Assembly (NCBI GenBank): GCA_963703285.1
Contig: OY969807.1
Location: forward strand, 736,001 to 800,000
Direction of reading: 5' to 3'
Length of the DNA stretch: 64,000 nt
Source of the DNA: an uncultured Nitrososphaerota archaeon
Lineage (GTDB): Archaea; Thermoproteota; Nitrososphaeria; Nitrososphaerales; Gagatemarchaeaceae
The translations under genes and the position numbers were made by a program. Positions 11,534 through 21,240 of this stretch are shown here, piece by piece. How positions within the stretch are numbered: the stretch's first letter is position 1; every line of letters starts with the position of its first letter. The notes below the pieces were generated by a model. The model searched no databases. It had not been told where the DNA came from and saw only the letters and a list, made by a program, of their open reading frames with translations.

Positions 11534-12376
11534 TCAGAGCTTCATGCCGGTTAGGGCCTCGTAGATGCGGACGTAGCGGTCTGTGACGAGGGTGACGAGT
11601 TCCGCCGGAAGTGAGGGCGGCGTCGGCACTGGCAGACCCGACTTCCTTGCGCGGTCGAGCCTGTCCTTGTACCCCTCGGCGATGAGCCAGTCCCGGACGA
11701 GCTGCTTGTCAAAGCTGTCCTGCGTCTTCCCAGGGGCGTACTTGTCGGACGGCCACATCCTGAACTCGTCGGGCCCGATCGAGTCGCCGAGGAGGACCCT
11801 GCCGTCCCTCCGGCCGAACTCCAGCTTCAGGTCGGCGAGGATGAACCCCGACTTGGAAGCCCTCTGGCTCATGGCTCGGTATATCGAGACGGTCGAGTCC
11901 TTCACCTCGCGCAGCTCGCCCTCCGTCATCCTGCCCTCACGGACTATCTCTGCCTCGGTTATCGGCTCATCCTTGACCTCCGACTTCGTCGTCGGGTCGA
12001 AGTAGGGCTCGGGCAACCTGGAAGCCAGCACCTTCTCGATGGGGAGCGAGACTTCGCCCTTGAGGAGACGGTCGTAGAGGCCGCCGTAAAGGTATCCCCT
12101 GACGACGCACTCCACGGGTATCATCGACATCCTCTTGACGACCATAGAGTTGCTGCCCTCCGTAGAGACCATGTGGTTGGGGACTCCGAGGGCGTCGAAC
12201 CAATAGGCGGAGAGCTTGCACAGGACCTCCCCCTTGCGCGGAATCGTGGAGGGGAGGACGACGTCGAACGCTGAGACCCTGTCGGTGAAGTGGAAGAGGA
12301 GGTGGTCCGGGTCCAGCTCGTAGATGTCCTTCACCTTCCCGGAGCGGATGAACCTGCCCCTCGGCTTCACTTCCAT
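11534..12376 (-). CDS. purC: SAICAR synthetase
   Basis: SGKVKDIY, TDRVSAFD, IPVECVVRGY, LADLKLEFG, DKQLVRDW. Confidence 0.96.
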   Translation of the reverse strand: MEVKPRGRFIRSGKVKDIYELDPDHLLFHFTDRVSAFDVVLPSTIPRKGEVLCKLSAYWFDALGVPNHMVSTEGSNSMVVKRMSMIPVECVVRGYLYGGLYDRLLKGEVSLPIEKVLASRLPEPYFDPTTKSEVKDEPITEAEIVREGRMTEGELREVKDSTVSIYRAMSQRASKSGFILADLKLEFGRRDGRVLLGDSIGPDEFRMWPSDKYAPGKTQDSFDKQLVRDWLIAEGYKDRLDRARKSGLPVPTPPSLPAELVTLVTDRYVRIYEALTGMKL

Positions 12377-12810
12377 GCAGCCCTCATCCTCCGCAGCCTC
12401 TCGGCGACGCCCTCGTCGTTGAGGGCCAGTATCTCGGCCGCCAGGACGCCCGCATTGCGAGCGTTGTCGATCCCGACGCAGCCCACAGGGACGCCCGGCG
12501 GCATCTGGACGATCGAGAGGAGAGAGTCCAGACCGTTCAGCTTGACGGACACCGGGACCCCTATGACGGGCCTGATCGTCATCGACGCTATCACGCCGGG
12601 CAGGTGGGCGGAGAGACCGGCGACGGCCACGAAGACCTTCGCCTGCGAGGTCGAGACGTACTCCTTCAGTCCTTCGGGGTTTCTGTGGGCGGATATGAAC
12701 CGCACCTCGTGGGGGACCTCGAGCTCCGTCAGGACCTTGGAGGCCTCATCGGTGACCGGCTGGTCGCTCTTGCTCCCGGCCACCACGGCCACGCTGATTA
12801 TCTGTGACAT
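12367..12810 (-). CDS. purE: N5-CAIR mutase / AIR carboxylase
   Basis: GSKSD, SAHRNP, AGLSAHLPG, VQMPPGVPV. Confidence 0.96.
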   Translation of the reverse strand: MSQIISVAVVAGSKSDQPVTDEASKVLTELEVPHEVRFISAHRNPEGLKEYVSTSQAKVFVAVAGLSAHLPGVIASMTIRPVIGVPVSVKLNGLDSLLSIVQMPPGVPVGCVGIDNARNAGVLAAEILALNDEGVAERLRRMRAAWK

Positions 12811-12812
12811 CG

Positions 12813-13391
12813 CTATCTGCCAAGCCCTCTCCCGAACTTCAGGACCCTCTTCTCCGTAACGACCATGTCGAGTGGCACATCGGAGGGGACCTCCGGGACC
12901 CTGGCGACCCGCTGCGACTCGAGCGCGAGCCCCACCGCGACCGAGTTACCCCTGCTTGCGAGCGCTCTGTCGAAGTAACCCATCCCGCTACCTATCCTGT
13001 GCCCCCTGTCGTCCCAGGAGACGAGAGGCACGAAGACCAGGTCGGTCGCTGACAGTTCGACCCGGGGATACTGGGGGGAGGGCTCGAGTATGCCGTGGAG
13101 ACCCGTCGAGAGATCGTCTAATCCAAGGATCACGTGGAAGACAAGTGATTGAGAGCCGAGGTCGACCCTTGGGACCGCGACCCTCTTGCCCTCGGCGAGC
13201 ATTCGCCGGATGACGCCGTCGGTCTGGACCTCGTCAGCCGTTGAGACGTAGGTTGCGACCGTTCTGGCTTCGACGTAGGCCCGCTCCTCCGCGAGCCTAC
13301 CCTCCACGAGCCTGCTCTCGTTCACGAGGAGCGCGTGGGGGATTGCCCGTCTGGCCTGCAATCCCTGTGCCCTCAACTGGCTCTTGCTCAA
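12813..13391 (-). CDS. 5-formyltetrahydrofolate cyclo-ligase
   Basis: KSQLR, GILEP, DLVFVPLVSWDDRGHRIGSGMGYFDR, DVPLDMVVTE. Confidence 0.92.
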   Translation of the reverse strand: MSKSQLRAQGLQARRAIPHALLVNESRLVEGRLAEERAYVEARTVATYVSTADEVQTDGVIRRMLAEGKRVAVPRVDLGSQSLVFHVILGLDDLSTGLHGILEPSPQYPRVELSATDLVFVPLVSWDDRGHRIGSGMGYFDRALASRGNSVAVGLALESQRVARVPEVPSDVPLDMVVTEKRVLKFGRGLGR

Positions 13392-14269
13392 GTGCGAAGC
13401 ACCGAGGCCTCCTTCAGGTTGTGCTGCTTCGCAGCCGCCAGCAGGGTGTTCTGCATGAGCATCACGACGGTCATTGGCCCGACGCCCCCGGGCACGGGTG
13501 TGATGTAGGACGCCTTCTGGGAGACGCTCTCGAAGTCCACGTCGCCCATGAGCTTACCGCCCACCCTGTTCATGGCCACGTCTATGACGACGGCGCCCTT
13601 CTTTACCATCTCCGCTGTGACAGAGAACCGGGGCCTCCGACCGACGGCGGAGATGAGCACGTCTGCCTGTCGCGTGATCCCTATGAGCTCGCGGGACTTC
13701 GAGTGGCAGACGGTCACCGTCGCGTCCTCAGCGAGGAGAAGGTGGAGCAGAGGCTTGCCTACCAGGCTGCTCCTGTTTATGATGACCGCCCGCGACCCAG
13801 CCAGCGGTATCTTGTAATGGCGCAGCAGCTCCATCACCCCCCTGGGCGTGCAGGGGATGAGGCTCGCCTGACCGTAGAACAGGAGGCCCATGTTCGCTGA
13901 CGTTAGGCCGTCGACGTCCTTCGCCGGCGAGATCCGCTCGATCAGCTTCCTGCTGTCAAGGTGCTGCGGCAGGGGGAGCTGGAGGAGGATGCCGTTCACA
14001 GCCGGGTCGGAGTTGAGCGAGTCGATGAGGCCGCCCACCTGGTCCTCGCTGGCGAAGCCGGGAAGCGCGTGGTTCTCGGATCTTATGCCGATCTCCATGG
14101 CCGTCTTGTGCTTGCTCGCAAGGTAGACCTTGGACGGCGCGTCGTCTCCGACGAGTATCGTGGCGATCTTCGGTTCGATTCCGACCTTCTTCATGTAGTC
14201 GGTCTCCTCCTTCAACGTCTCCTTGGTACGAAGCGCCAGCGCCTTCCCATCCATGATGGCGGCGGTCAG
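13388..14269 (-). CDS. folD: Methylene-THF dehydrogenase/cyclohydrolase
   Basis: GILLQLPLP, KDVDG, PCTPRG, TPVPGGVGPMT; start is CTG 14269 (overlapping the purN TGA) or ATG 14254. Confidence 0.95.
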   Translation of the reverse strand: MTAAIMDGKALALRTKETLKEETDYMKKVGIEPKIATILVGDDAPSKVYLASKHKTAMEIGIRSENHALPGFASEDQVGGLIDSLNSDPAVNGILLQLPLPQHLDSRKLIERISPAKDVDGLTSANMGLLFYGQASLIPCTPRGVMELLRHYKIPLAGSRAVIINRSSLVGKPLLHLLLAEDATVTVCHSKSRELIGITRQADVLISAVGRRPRFSVTAEMVKKGAVVIDVAMNRVGGKLMGDVDFESVSQKASYITPVPGGVGPMTVVMLMQNTLLAAAKQHNLKEASVLRT

Positions 14270-14886
14270 GGCCTGATTTTCACCTTCCTTCCGTTGACGC
14301 TTAGTTTTCCCTCGACAAAAAGCTTCACCGCCCGCGGGTAGATCAGGTGCTCCTGCCGAAGGATCCTGGAGGAGAGGCTCTCGACGGTGTCGTCCTCCAT
14401 GACGGCAACTGCCTTCTGCAGTATGATGGGGCCGGAGTCGACCTCCGGGACGACGAAGTGCACCGTGCAACCCGCGACCTTCGCCCCGTGGTCGAGCGCT
14501 TGCTTCTGGGCTTCGAGCCCTGGGAAGGAGGGGAGGAGCGAAGGGTGCACGTTGAGAATCCTCCCCCTGAACTTCGAGACGAACTCCGGGGTCAGGAGCC
14601 TCATGTATCCCGCCAGCAGAACGAGGCCGGACGAGGGAGAGACTCCGTGCTCGATCAAGACTTCGGCGAGCTTCGTGTCGTAGGAGCTGCGGTCCATGCC
14701 CGCGCTCTCGATCACCTCGGTGTCGACTCCGAACCTCTTGGCTACCCCCAGGGCGCGCACCCCCGCCTTGTTGCTCACCACGACCGAGACGGACGCGTCC
14801 CCGATCAAACCTCTCTTCGCCGCCCTCAGGATCGCCTCTAGGTTCGATCCGCGGCCGGAGACGAGGACCCCCACGCGGCAGGTCAC
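14266..14886 (-). CDS. purN: GAR transformylase (folate-dependent)
   Basis: SGRGSNL, LAGYMRLL, NVHPSLLPSFPG, GCTVHFV, DSGPII; GTG start overlapping the purF stop. Confidence 0.96.
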   Translation of the reverse strand: MTCRVGVLVSGRGSNLEAILRAAKRGLIGDASVSVVVSNKAGVRALGVAKRFGVDTEVIESAGMDRSSYDTKLAEVLIEHGVSPSSGLVLLAGYMRLLTPEFVSKFRGRILNVHPSLLPSFPGLEAQKQALDHGAKVAGCTVHFVVPEVDSGPIILQKAVAVMEDDTVESLSSRILRQEHLIYPRAVKLFVEGKLSVNGRKVKIRP

Positions 14887-16321
14887 CCTTTCATCTCCTT
14901 CTTGGTCTTGAAGCTCGGTGAGATTCCGAGCTTTGAGTAGTCGCCGTTTATGCACGCGAAGCAGAGGCTGGACCTCGGGAGTCCGATCCCCTGGGCGAGC
15001 CCCTCGATGTCGTTGTAGTGAAACTCCTCTACGCCGATGGCCTTTCCCACCTTCTTGCCTATGATAGCGACGTCGGCGTCCCCGTTGGCTACCTGGTGGG
15101 CCAGGAGCTCGTCCCTGTTGGGGAAGTCGACGCCCATGTAGCAGGGGTAGGATATCGGGGGGAAGGTCACGACCATCTTGACCCGCTTCGCCTTCGCCTT
15201 CTTCAGCGAGTCGACGATGATCCTCGAGCTCGTCCCCCTCACCACGCTGTCGTCTACGACGATGACCTCCTTTCCTTCGATTGCCTCGCGGATCGGGATT
15301 ATCCTCTTGACGACCTCCTCGCGCCCGCTCTGGCGCGGTTCGATGAAGCTCCTGATGCTCCCCTTCCTGCGGTAGCGATCCTTCATCAGCCCCTCGTCCA
15401 TGGGAATGCCGCTCTCGACGGAGTATCCCAGGGCCCCTGGTCTCGCGGAGTCCGGAACGGGGATGACCACGTTCCCCTTCATCCTAAACTTCTTCGCGAG
15501 GATCTTGCCGACCCTCTTCCTTGCCTCGTAGACGCTCACCCCGTTCACGCGGGACGATGGATGGGCGAAGTAGGTGTACTCGAAAGAGCAGTACGCGGCT
15601 CTCGGTACGCGGTGCAAATCGGAAAGACTCGAGCCCCCTCTTTGGCCCGCCCAGCCTGACCATCTCTCCCGGCTCTATGTCCCTCACGAACTCGGCGTCG
15701 AGCGCAGCCAGCGCGCAGCTCTCGGAGGCAGCGATGTAGGTCCGCGACCTCTGGTGGTAGCCGAGGCAGAGCGGACGGTAGCCCCGCGGGTCCCTTATCG
15801 CGAAGACCTCGCCCCTCTTGTTCAGAATCACGAACGAGTACGCGCCCGACCAGTTCCTTGGCTACGCGCTCGAAGGCAAAGAACCAGTCGTTCTCCTGGC
15901 GGAGTATCTGAAGGAGCCTGTACCCCGCCGCCTTGGTGTCCGTCCCGCACTTCCCTCTGTAGTCCGTCGAGACGGCCTTCGCGAGCTGATCCGCGTTGAC
16001 GATCGTCCCGTTGTGTGCAATCGAGAACTCGGTCCCGATCTGTACAGGCTGCGCGTTGTCGAGGTTGGATCGCCCCTTGGTCGAGTAGCGTACGTGGCCT
16101 ATCCCCGCGCCGTCCCTGTAGCCACTCAGCTCCCGGGCGTAGTTGAACCAGTTGAAGGCCAGGCCCATCCTCTTGAAGACGGGCTTGCCCGGGACCGCGA
16201 CGCCCCAGGACTCCTGTCCCCTGTGCTGGAGCGCCTCGAGGCCCTTTAGGAGCTTGGGCACGACGTCCACCCCCTTGGTGGAGAAGGCACCGACAACGCC
16301 GCAGGCCTCCCTTGCGCCCAT
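14883..16321 (-). CDS. purF: Amidophosphoribosyltransferase, frame breaks near 15845 and 15605
   Basis: EACGVVG N-terminal Cys, LQHRGQES, GHVRYST, RDPRGYRPL, ASESCAL, CSFEYTYFA, VDDSVVRGT spread over three ORFs. Confidence 0.93.
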
Positions 16322-18516
16322 CAGCCCATCAACCTCGCGAGGGTGGAGTCGTGGGACCTGCGAAGCGAGTCCACACCGAGGTCCGCGATGGTCCGCGAGC
16401 CCGCGACGAGCGCCAGCGAATCCCCGCCCACCTCTCCCGCCCTCCCGTGGGGCGTTCGTCTCCGTTTGAGGTGCCTGGACAGTGCCCCGGGATCGTGTGT
16501 CGTGAGCACGAACCTCCCGTGCGACTCGGAGAAGAGCAGGTCGTTCAGGCTTCTGACGGCAGAGGGCACGCTCCTGAGTTCGACGCTGGCGCCGAGGCCA
16601 TTGGGCAGGGTCATCTCGGCGAGGGTGACGGCGAGCCCTCCCCTTGAGCAGTCGTGGGCCGACGTGACGAGCCCCGAGCGGATGGCCTCGAGGACCGTCC
16701 CGTAGAGCGCGGCGTCTGAGGGTGGGTCTACCTTCGGGACCGTGCCCGCGTCGAGGCAGCCCAGGACCCTGTGGTACTCCGACCCGCCCAGCTCGCGCTT
16801 GGTCTTTCCTACGACGAAAATCGATTCGCCCTCCTCCTCGAACCCCATCGAGACCGGGTGCTCCCGGTCCTCCACCAGCCCTACGACCAACGCGACGGGA
16901 GACGGCTTGATTGCGACCCTGGTCGACGAATCCCCGTTGTAGAAGCTCACCTTCCCTCCGACCACGGGGAGTCCGACCGCGGTGCAGTAGTCCGCCATCC
17001 CGCGCACGGACTCGGCGAACGACCAGTAGACCTCGGGGTCAGACGGGTCGCCGAACTGGAGGTGGTCGACGAGCGCTATGGGCTCGCCACCCACGGCGAC
17101 CACGTTCCTGCAGGATTCGGCGACGCATCCCGCGGCGCCGTTGTAGGGGTCGAGGAAGGACATGGCGCTGTTCCCGTCCCCCTTCACGGCCAGGAAGCTC
17201 CCGTTCGGGAGTCGCAGGAGCGCAGCGTCCGCCTGGCCGGGCTTGGCGACTGTCCTGAGACCGACCTCGTTGTCGTACTGCTCGTAGACCCAGCGCCTGC
17301 TCGCGATGTTGGGAGACGCGAGCAGGGAGATCAACGTGCGCCCCACCTCCGCGTCCAGGGTCTTCCCCGCCCCGGGCCGGGCGGTCCGTGACGGCCTTCG
17401 GCTCGGCCAGGGAATGAGTGGCGCCCTTACGACGAACTGGGCCGGGAGATTCGCCACCGTCTTCCCCCGCCACCGTAGGGTTAGCATCCCATCCTGGGTC
17501 ACCTTGCCGATTAGCGAATGGGGGACCTCGTATTTGTCAAGGATGTCGACTATTGCTCCCTTCGATTCGGGAGATAGCACGAGGAGCATCCTCTCCTGCG
17601 ATTCGGAGATCATGATCTCTGTCGGCGACATGTCTGCCTCGCGGCGGTTGACGCTGCTTAGCTCCACCTCGACGCCCGTCTCCCCTTTCGAGGCGATCTC
17701 AGAGAGGGCGGTCGAGAGGCCTCCCCCGCCGAGGTCCTTCATCCCGCGGATGTGCCCCGTCCCCGCGGCTTCGAGGAGGGCGTCAAGTAGGAGCTTCTTC
17801 ATGAACGGGTCGGGCACCTGCACCGACGACCTGTCGTCCTCGGCACTCTCTGAGAGGTTCTTCGAGGCGAAGGTGGCGCCCCGGATCCCGTCCCTCCCCG
17901 TGCTTCCCCCGATCAGGACGAGAAGGTCGCCCGGATTCTTCGCCTCGCCAAGGATCAGGTCACTCTTCGTGCCGAGGCCGACACAGGCGACGTCGACCAG
18001 GCAGTTCCTCTCGAAGCTCTCGTCGAACTCGATGTCCCCGGCGACAGTGGGAACTCCGACGCAGTTCCCGTAGTCGCCTATTCCTCGCACCACGTTCTTG
18101 AAGAGCCATCGCGAGTGGGCGCTCCGCTCTATCCTCCCGAAGCGCAGGATGTCTACGAGCGCGATGGGGCGGGTTCCCATCGAGAGGATGTCCCTCAGGA
18201 CTCCACCGATGCCCGTGGACGAGCCCCCGTAGGGGTCCACGGCTGAAGGGTGGTTGTGGCTCTCGATGTGCAGTGTCACGACGTACCCCGACCCCACGTC
18301 CACGACCCCTGCGTCGTAGCCCGGGCCCAGGACGACCCGCTTCCCCGTCGTAGGGAAGAGCTTCAGGATGGCCTTCGAGGACTTGTAGCTGCTGTGTTCG
18401 GACCACTCGGCGTCGATGATGGCCCACTCGACCTCGTTCGGCTCTCTCCTCAAGGAGTGTCGGGCGCTATCTATCTCGCCGGTTGTAAGCCCTAGATGAA
18501 GCTCCGCAAGGCTCAA
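16321..18516 (-). CDS. purL: FGAM synthase subunit PurL (small type)
   Basis: WSEHSSYKSS, ESHNHPS, TGRDGIRGATFAS, DLGGGGL, SESQERM. Confidence 0.97.
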   Translation of the reverse strand: MSLAELHLGLTTGEIDSARHSLRREPNEVEWAIIDAEWSEHSSYKSSKAILKLFPTTGKRVVLGPGYDAGVVDVGSGYVVTLHIESHNHPSAVDPYGGSSTGIGGVLRDILSMGTRPIALVDILRFGRIERSAHSRWLFKNVVRGIGDYGNCVGVPTVAGDIEFDESFERNCLVDVACVGLGTKSDLILGEAKNPGDLLVLIGGSTGRDGIRGATFASKNLSESAEDDRSSVQVPDPFMKKLLLDALLEAAGTGHIRGMKDLGGGGLSTALSEIASKGETGVEVELSSVNRREADMSPTEIMISESQERMLLVLSPESKGAIVDILDKYEVPHSLIGKVTQDGMLTLRWRGKTVANLPAQFVVRAPLIPWPSRRPSRTARPGAGKTLDAEVGRTLISLLASPNIASRRWVYEQYDNEVGLRTVAKPGQADAALLRLPNGSFLAVKGDGNSAMSFLDPYNGAAGCVAESCRNVVAVGGEPIALVDHLQFGDPSDPEVYWSFAESVRGMADYCTAVGLPVVGGKVSFYNGDSSTRVAIKPSPVALVVGLVEDREHPVSMGFEEEGESIFVVGKTKRELGGSEYHRVLGCLDAGTVPKVDPPSDAALYGTVLEAIRSGLVTSAHDCSRGGLAVTLAEMTLPNGLGASVELRSVPSAVRSLNDLLFSESHGRFVLTTHDPGALSRHLKRRRTPHGRAGEVGGDSLALVAGSRTIADLGVDSLRRSHDSTLARLMG

Positions 18517-18517
18517 G

Positions 18518-19216
18518 CTATGCCCTCGCCCCGATTAGCGACGCGAAGATGACGCGTCCGTCCTGCGAGCCCGTCGGCGTCAGAAGGGGGTCGCATCCCC
18601 GTTCGGGGTGGGGCATCAGGCCGACGACGTTGCCCTCTTCGTTGGAGATTCCCGCTATGTTCGCAACCGTTCCTGTGGGGTTCGCTTCGTCCACGATCCT
18701 TCCAGCCTCGTCGCAGTAGCGGAAGACCACCCTGCCGGCGTCCTTGAGGGACCTGATTTCATCAGCGGGGGCGTAGTACCTCCCCTCTCCGTGGGCTATG
18801 GGCATCTGGAGCACCTGCCCCGGGAGCGTGAGGCCCGTGAAGGGCGTCCCGCTCGACTCCACCCTCACCTTCACCCACTTGCAGACGAACTTCAGCGAGT
18901 CGTTCCGGAGGAGCGCCCCTGGGAGGAGGCCCGCCTCGATTAGGATCTGGAACCCGTTGCAGACGCCCAGCACTGGCGTCCCCCTATCCGCCATCCTCCT
19001 GATAACAGAAATCGCAGGGCTCCTCGCGGCGATGGCTCCAGCCCTGAGGTAGTCGCCGAAGGAGAAGCCGCCGGGTAGGACGACGGCGTCGAAGGTCCGC
19101 AGCTCGTCGCTCTCGTGCCAGACGAGCTTCGCCGAGAGGCCGTCTATCCCTCCAATCGCCGCCACCGCGTCGAGGTCGCAGTTGCTCCCCGGAAACCTCA
19201 CCACGGCGACGTTCAC
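18518..19216 (-). CDS. purQ: FGAM synthase glutaminase subunit
   Basis: FPGSNCD, GGFSFGDYLR, GVCNGFQ, MPHPER. Confidence 0.97.
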   Translation of the reverse strand: MNVAVVRFPGSNCDLDAVAAIGGIDGLSAKLVWHESDELRTFDAVVLPGGFSFGDYLRAGAIAARSPAISVIRRMADRGTPVLGVCNGFQILIEAGLLPGALLRNDSLKFVCKWVKVRVESSGTPFTGLTLPGQVLQMPIAHGEGRYYAPADEIRSLKDAGRVVFRYCDEAGRIVDEANPTGTVANIAGISNEEGNVVGLMPHPERGCDPLLTPTGSQDGRVIFASLIGARA

Positions 19217-19218
19217 GG

Positions 19219-19500
19219 TCAGTCACGCCCCGCTGATATCTTGATCGAGTGCGCAGCGGGGTTGTATATCCTGAGGTCGTCGCACATCCTCCTTACGAGC
19301 GACTCGGCGGCCTGCTCGTCGGAGGCCTCGACTTCAACCCGAAGGTGCTTCCCGGCGCGGATGCCCTTCACGGCGTCGAATCCGGACCTGTGGACGAGGT
19401 CCCTCAGTATAGTCTCGCCCTCCGGGTCGCGCGCTCCCTCCTTGTTGGAGATGACAACGCTCACCTGAAAAATCGCCTTCTTGGTCGTAATCCGTGACAA
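19219..19500 (-). CDS. purS: FGAM synthase subunit PurS
   Basis: DPEGETI, RAGK, IYNP; directly upstream of purQ. Confidence 0.92.
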   Translation of the reverse strand: MSRITTKKAIFQVSVVISNKEGARDPEGETILRDLVHRSGFDAVKGIRAGKHLRVEVEASDEQAAESLVRRMCDDLRIYNPAAHSIKISAGRD

Positions 19501-19599
19501 AATCTCTTTCTATTTAAGTGACTTTTACCAAGACGGTGTTAAACGCGCGTCGACCGCGTCAAAATGGACATTAACCCGTCGCGGCGCGCGATTTCCGCC

Positions 19600-21207
19600 A
19601 TGGACGACAGTCTGGTTGAGGTGAAGACCGCCCTCCTGAGCGTCGCCGACAAGACGGGGCTCGTCGACTTCGCGCGCGAGCTGACCGCCTTCGGGATTAC
19701 GCTGCTCGCCACGGGAGGGACATACGCCGCGCTCAAGGACGCCGGGCTGCCCGTGAGGAGCCTGCAGGACGACATGAACCTTCCGCAGTTTCTCTCCGGG
19801 CGGGTAAAGACCCTTCACTCCCCCCTGTTCGGCGCAATCCTGGCGAAGAGGACGCCCGAGCACCTGGAGGAGCTCAAGACGATGAAGGTAGACCCCATAG
19901 ACATGGTGGTCGTCAACTTCTATCCCTTCGAGAAGGCGGCTAGAGAGCCAGGGGCGGGGGAGGAGCGCCTCATCGAGAACATAGACGTAGGCGGGCCTTC
20001 GATGGTCCGGGCTGCCTCGAAGAACTTCGAGTACGTCACGGTGGTACCCTCACCCGCGGAGTACGGTCCCGTCTCTGGGGAACTGAGGACGAACGAGGGC
20101 AGTGTATCCCTGGCGACAAGGAAGAGGCTCGCTCTCGAGGCGTTCTACATCACCGCGGCCTACGACGCCACGATACACGAAGGGCTGCGGAGGAGGTTTG
20201 GTGGCGAGGCAGCCTTCCCCGACCGATTCCTGCTCTTCGCCACGAAGTTCCAGGACGCGAAGTACGGAGAGAACCCGGACCAGCGGGCGACCATATACTC
20301 GGTCGACGGTTACCGGGGCATCACGGGCTGGGCTCAGCTTGCAGGAGAGACACTCTCCTTCAACAACTACCTCGACATCGGGTCGGCCTACGACATACTG
20401 GAGGGGTTCGAGGGGGTCCCAGCGGCGGCCACCGTGAAACACGGGAACATCAGCGGTTTCGCGTTCGCGCCCACGGTCGCCGAGGCTTACTCGCTGGCCC
20501 ACTCCTGCGACCCGGAAGCGGATTTCGGCGGGACGGTCATCCTGAACAGGGAGGTCGATGGCGAGACGGCGATGCTGATAGGGAAGAATGAGGGTATCAG
20601 GGACCTCTCGGTCTACACCGAGATCGTGATCGCCCCGGGGTACAGCCCGGAGGGTCTCTCGCTCCTCAAGGGCAAGCAGAAGAAGAAGATCAGAATCATC
20701 CAGAGCGGGACGAAGCCCGACTATCCCTACGACCTGAAGCTTATCGAGGGCGCCGTCCTCCTCCAGGACGCGGTCGACTACCGCAAGAAGCTGGACCCGA
20801 GCCGGCTGACGTTCCCCACCAAGGCTCAGCCCGAGGAAGAGGAGAAGGCGAAGCTCCTGGCTGCCTGGGAGGTCGTCAGGAGGGTCCCGTCAAACGGCAT
20901 AGTCGTCGCCGAGGGGAAGTACGATGGGGAGCTGACTCACTTCTGGACGCTGGGCGTCGCGAGCTTCCGCAAGAGGAACGGGGCCGTGAGGATAGCCCTC
21001 GAGAACGCGGGTGGCAGGGCAAAGCGCTCGGTCTGCGCCTCTGACGGCTTCTTCCCCTTCCGGGACGACATCGACCTGCTGGGAGAGGCTGGGATTAGGG
21101 CGGTGATTCAGCCAGGAGGGTCGGTGAGCGACCCCGATGTCATAGCAGCCGCAGACGAGTATGGGATGGCGATGGCTGTGACCCACGTGAGGGCGTTCAA
21201 GCACTGA
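19600..21207 (+). CDS. purH: Bifunctional AICAR transformylase/IMP cyclohydrolase (divergent)
   Basis: ALLSVADKTG, GRVKTLH, NIDVGGPSM, YGENPDQ, ASDGFFPF, IQPGGS. Confidence 0.92.
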   Translation: MDDSLVEVKTALLSVADKTGLVDFARELTAFGITLLATGGTYAALKDAGLPVRSLQDDMNLPQFLSGRVKTLHSPLFGAILAKRTPEHLEELKTMKVDPIDMVVVNFYPFEKAAREPGAGEERLIENIDVGGPSMVRAASKNFEYVTVVPSPAEYGPVSGELRTNEGSVSLATRKRLALEAFYITAAYDATIHEGLRRRFGGEAAFPDRFLLFATKFQDAKYGENPDQRATIYSVDGYRGITGWAQLAGETLSFNNYLDIGSAYDILEGFEGVPAAATVKHGNISGFAFAPTVAEAYSLAHSCDPEADFGGTVILNREVDGETAMLIGKNEGIRDLSVYTEIVIAPGYSPEGLSLLKGKQKKKIRIIQSGTKPDYPYDLKLIEGAVLLQDAVDYRKKLDPSRLTFPTKAQPEEEEKAKLLAAWEVVRRVPSNGIVVAEGKYDGELTHFWTLGVASFRKRNGAVRIALENAGGRAKRSVCASDGFFPFRDDIDLLGEAGIRAVIQPGGSVSDPDVIAAADEYGMAMAVTHVRAFKH

Positions 21208-21240
21208 CCTGAAGCGTTCACCCGGACGAGGTTCGAGCTC

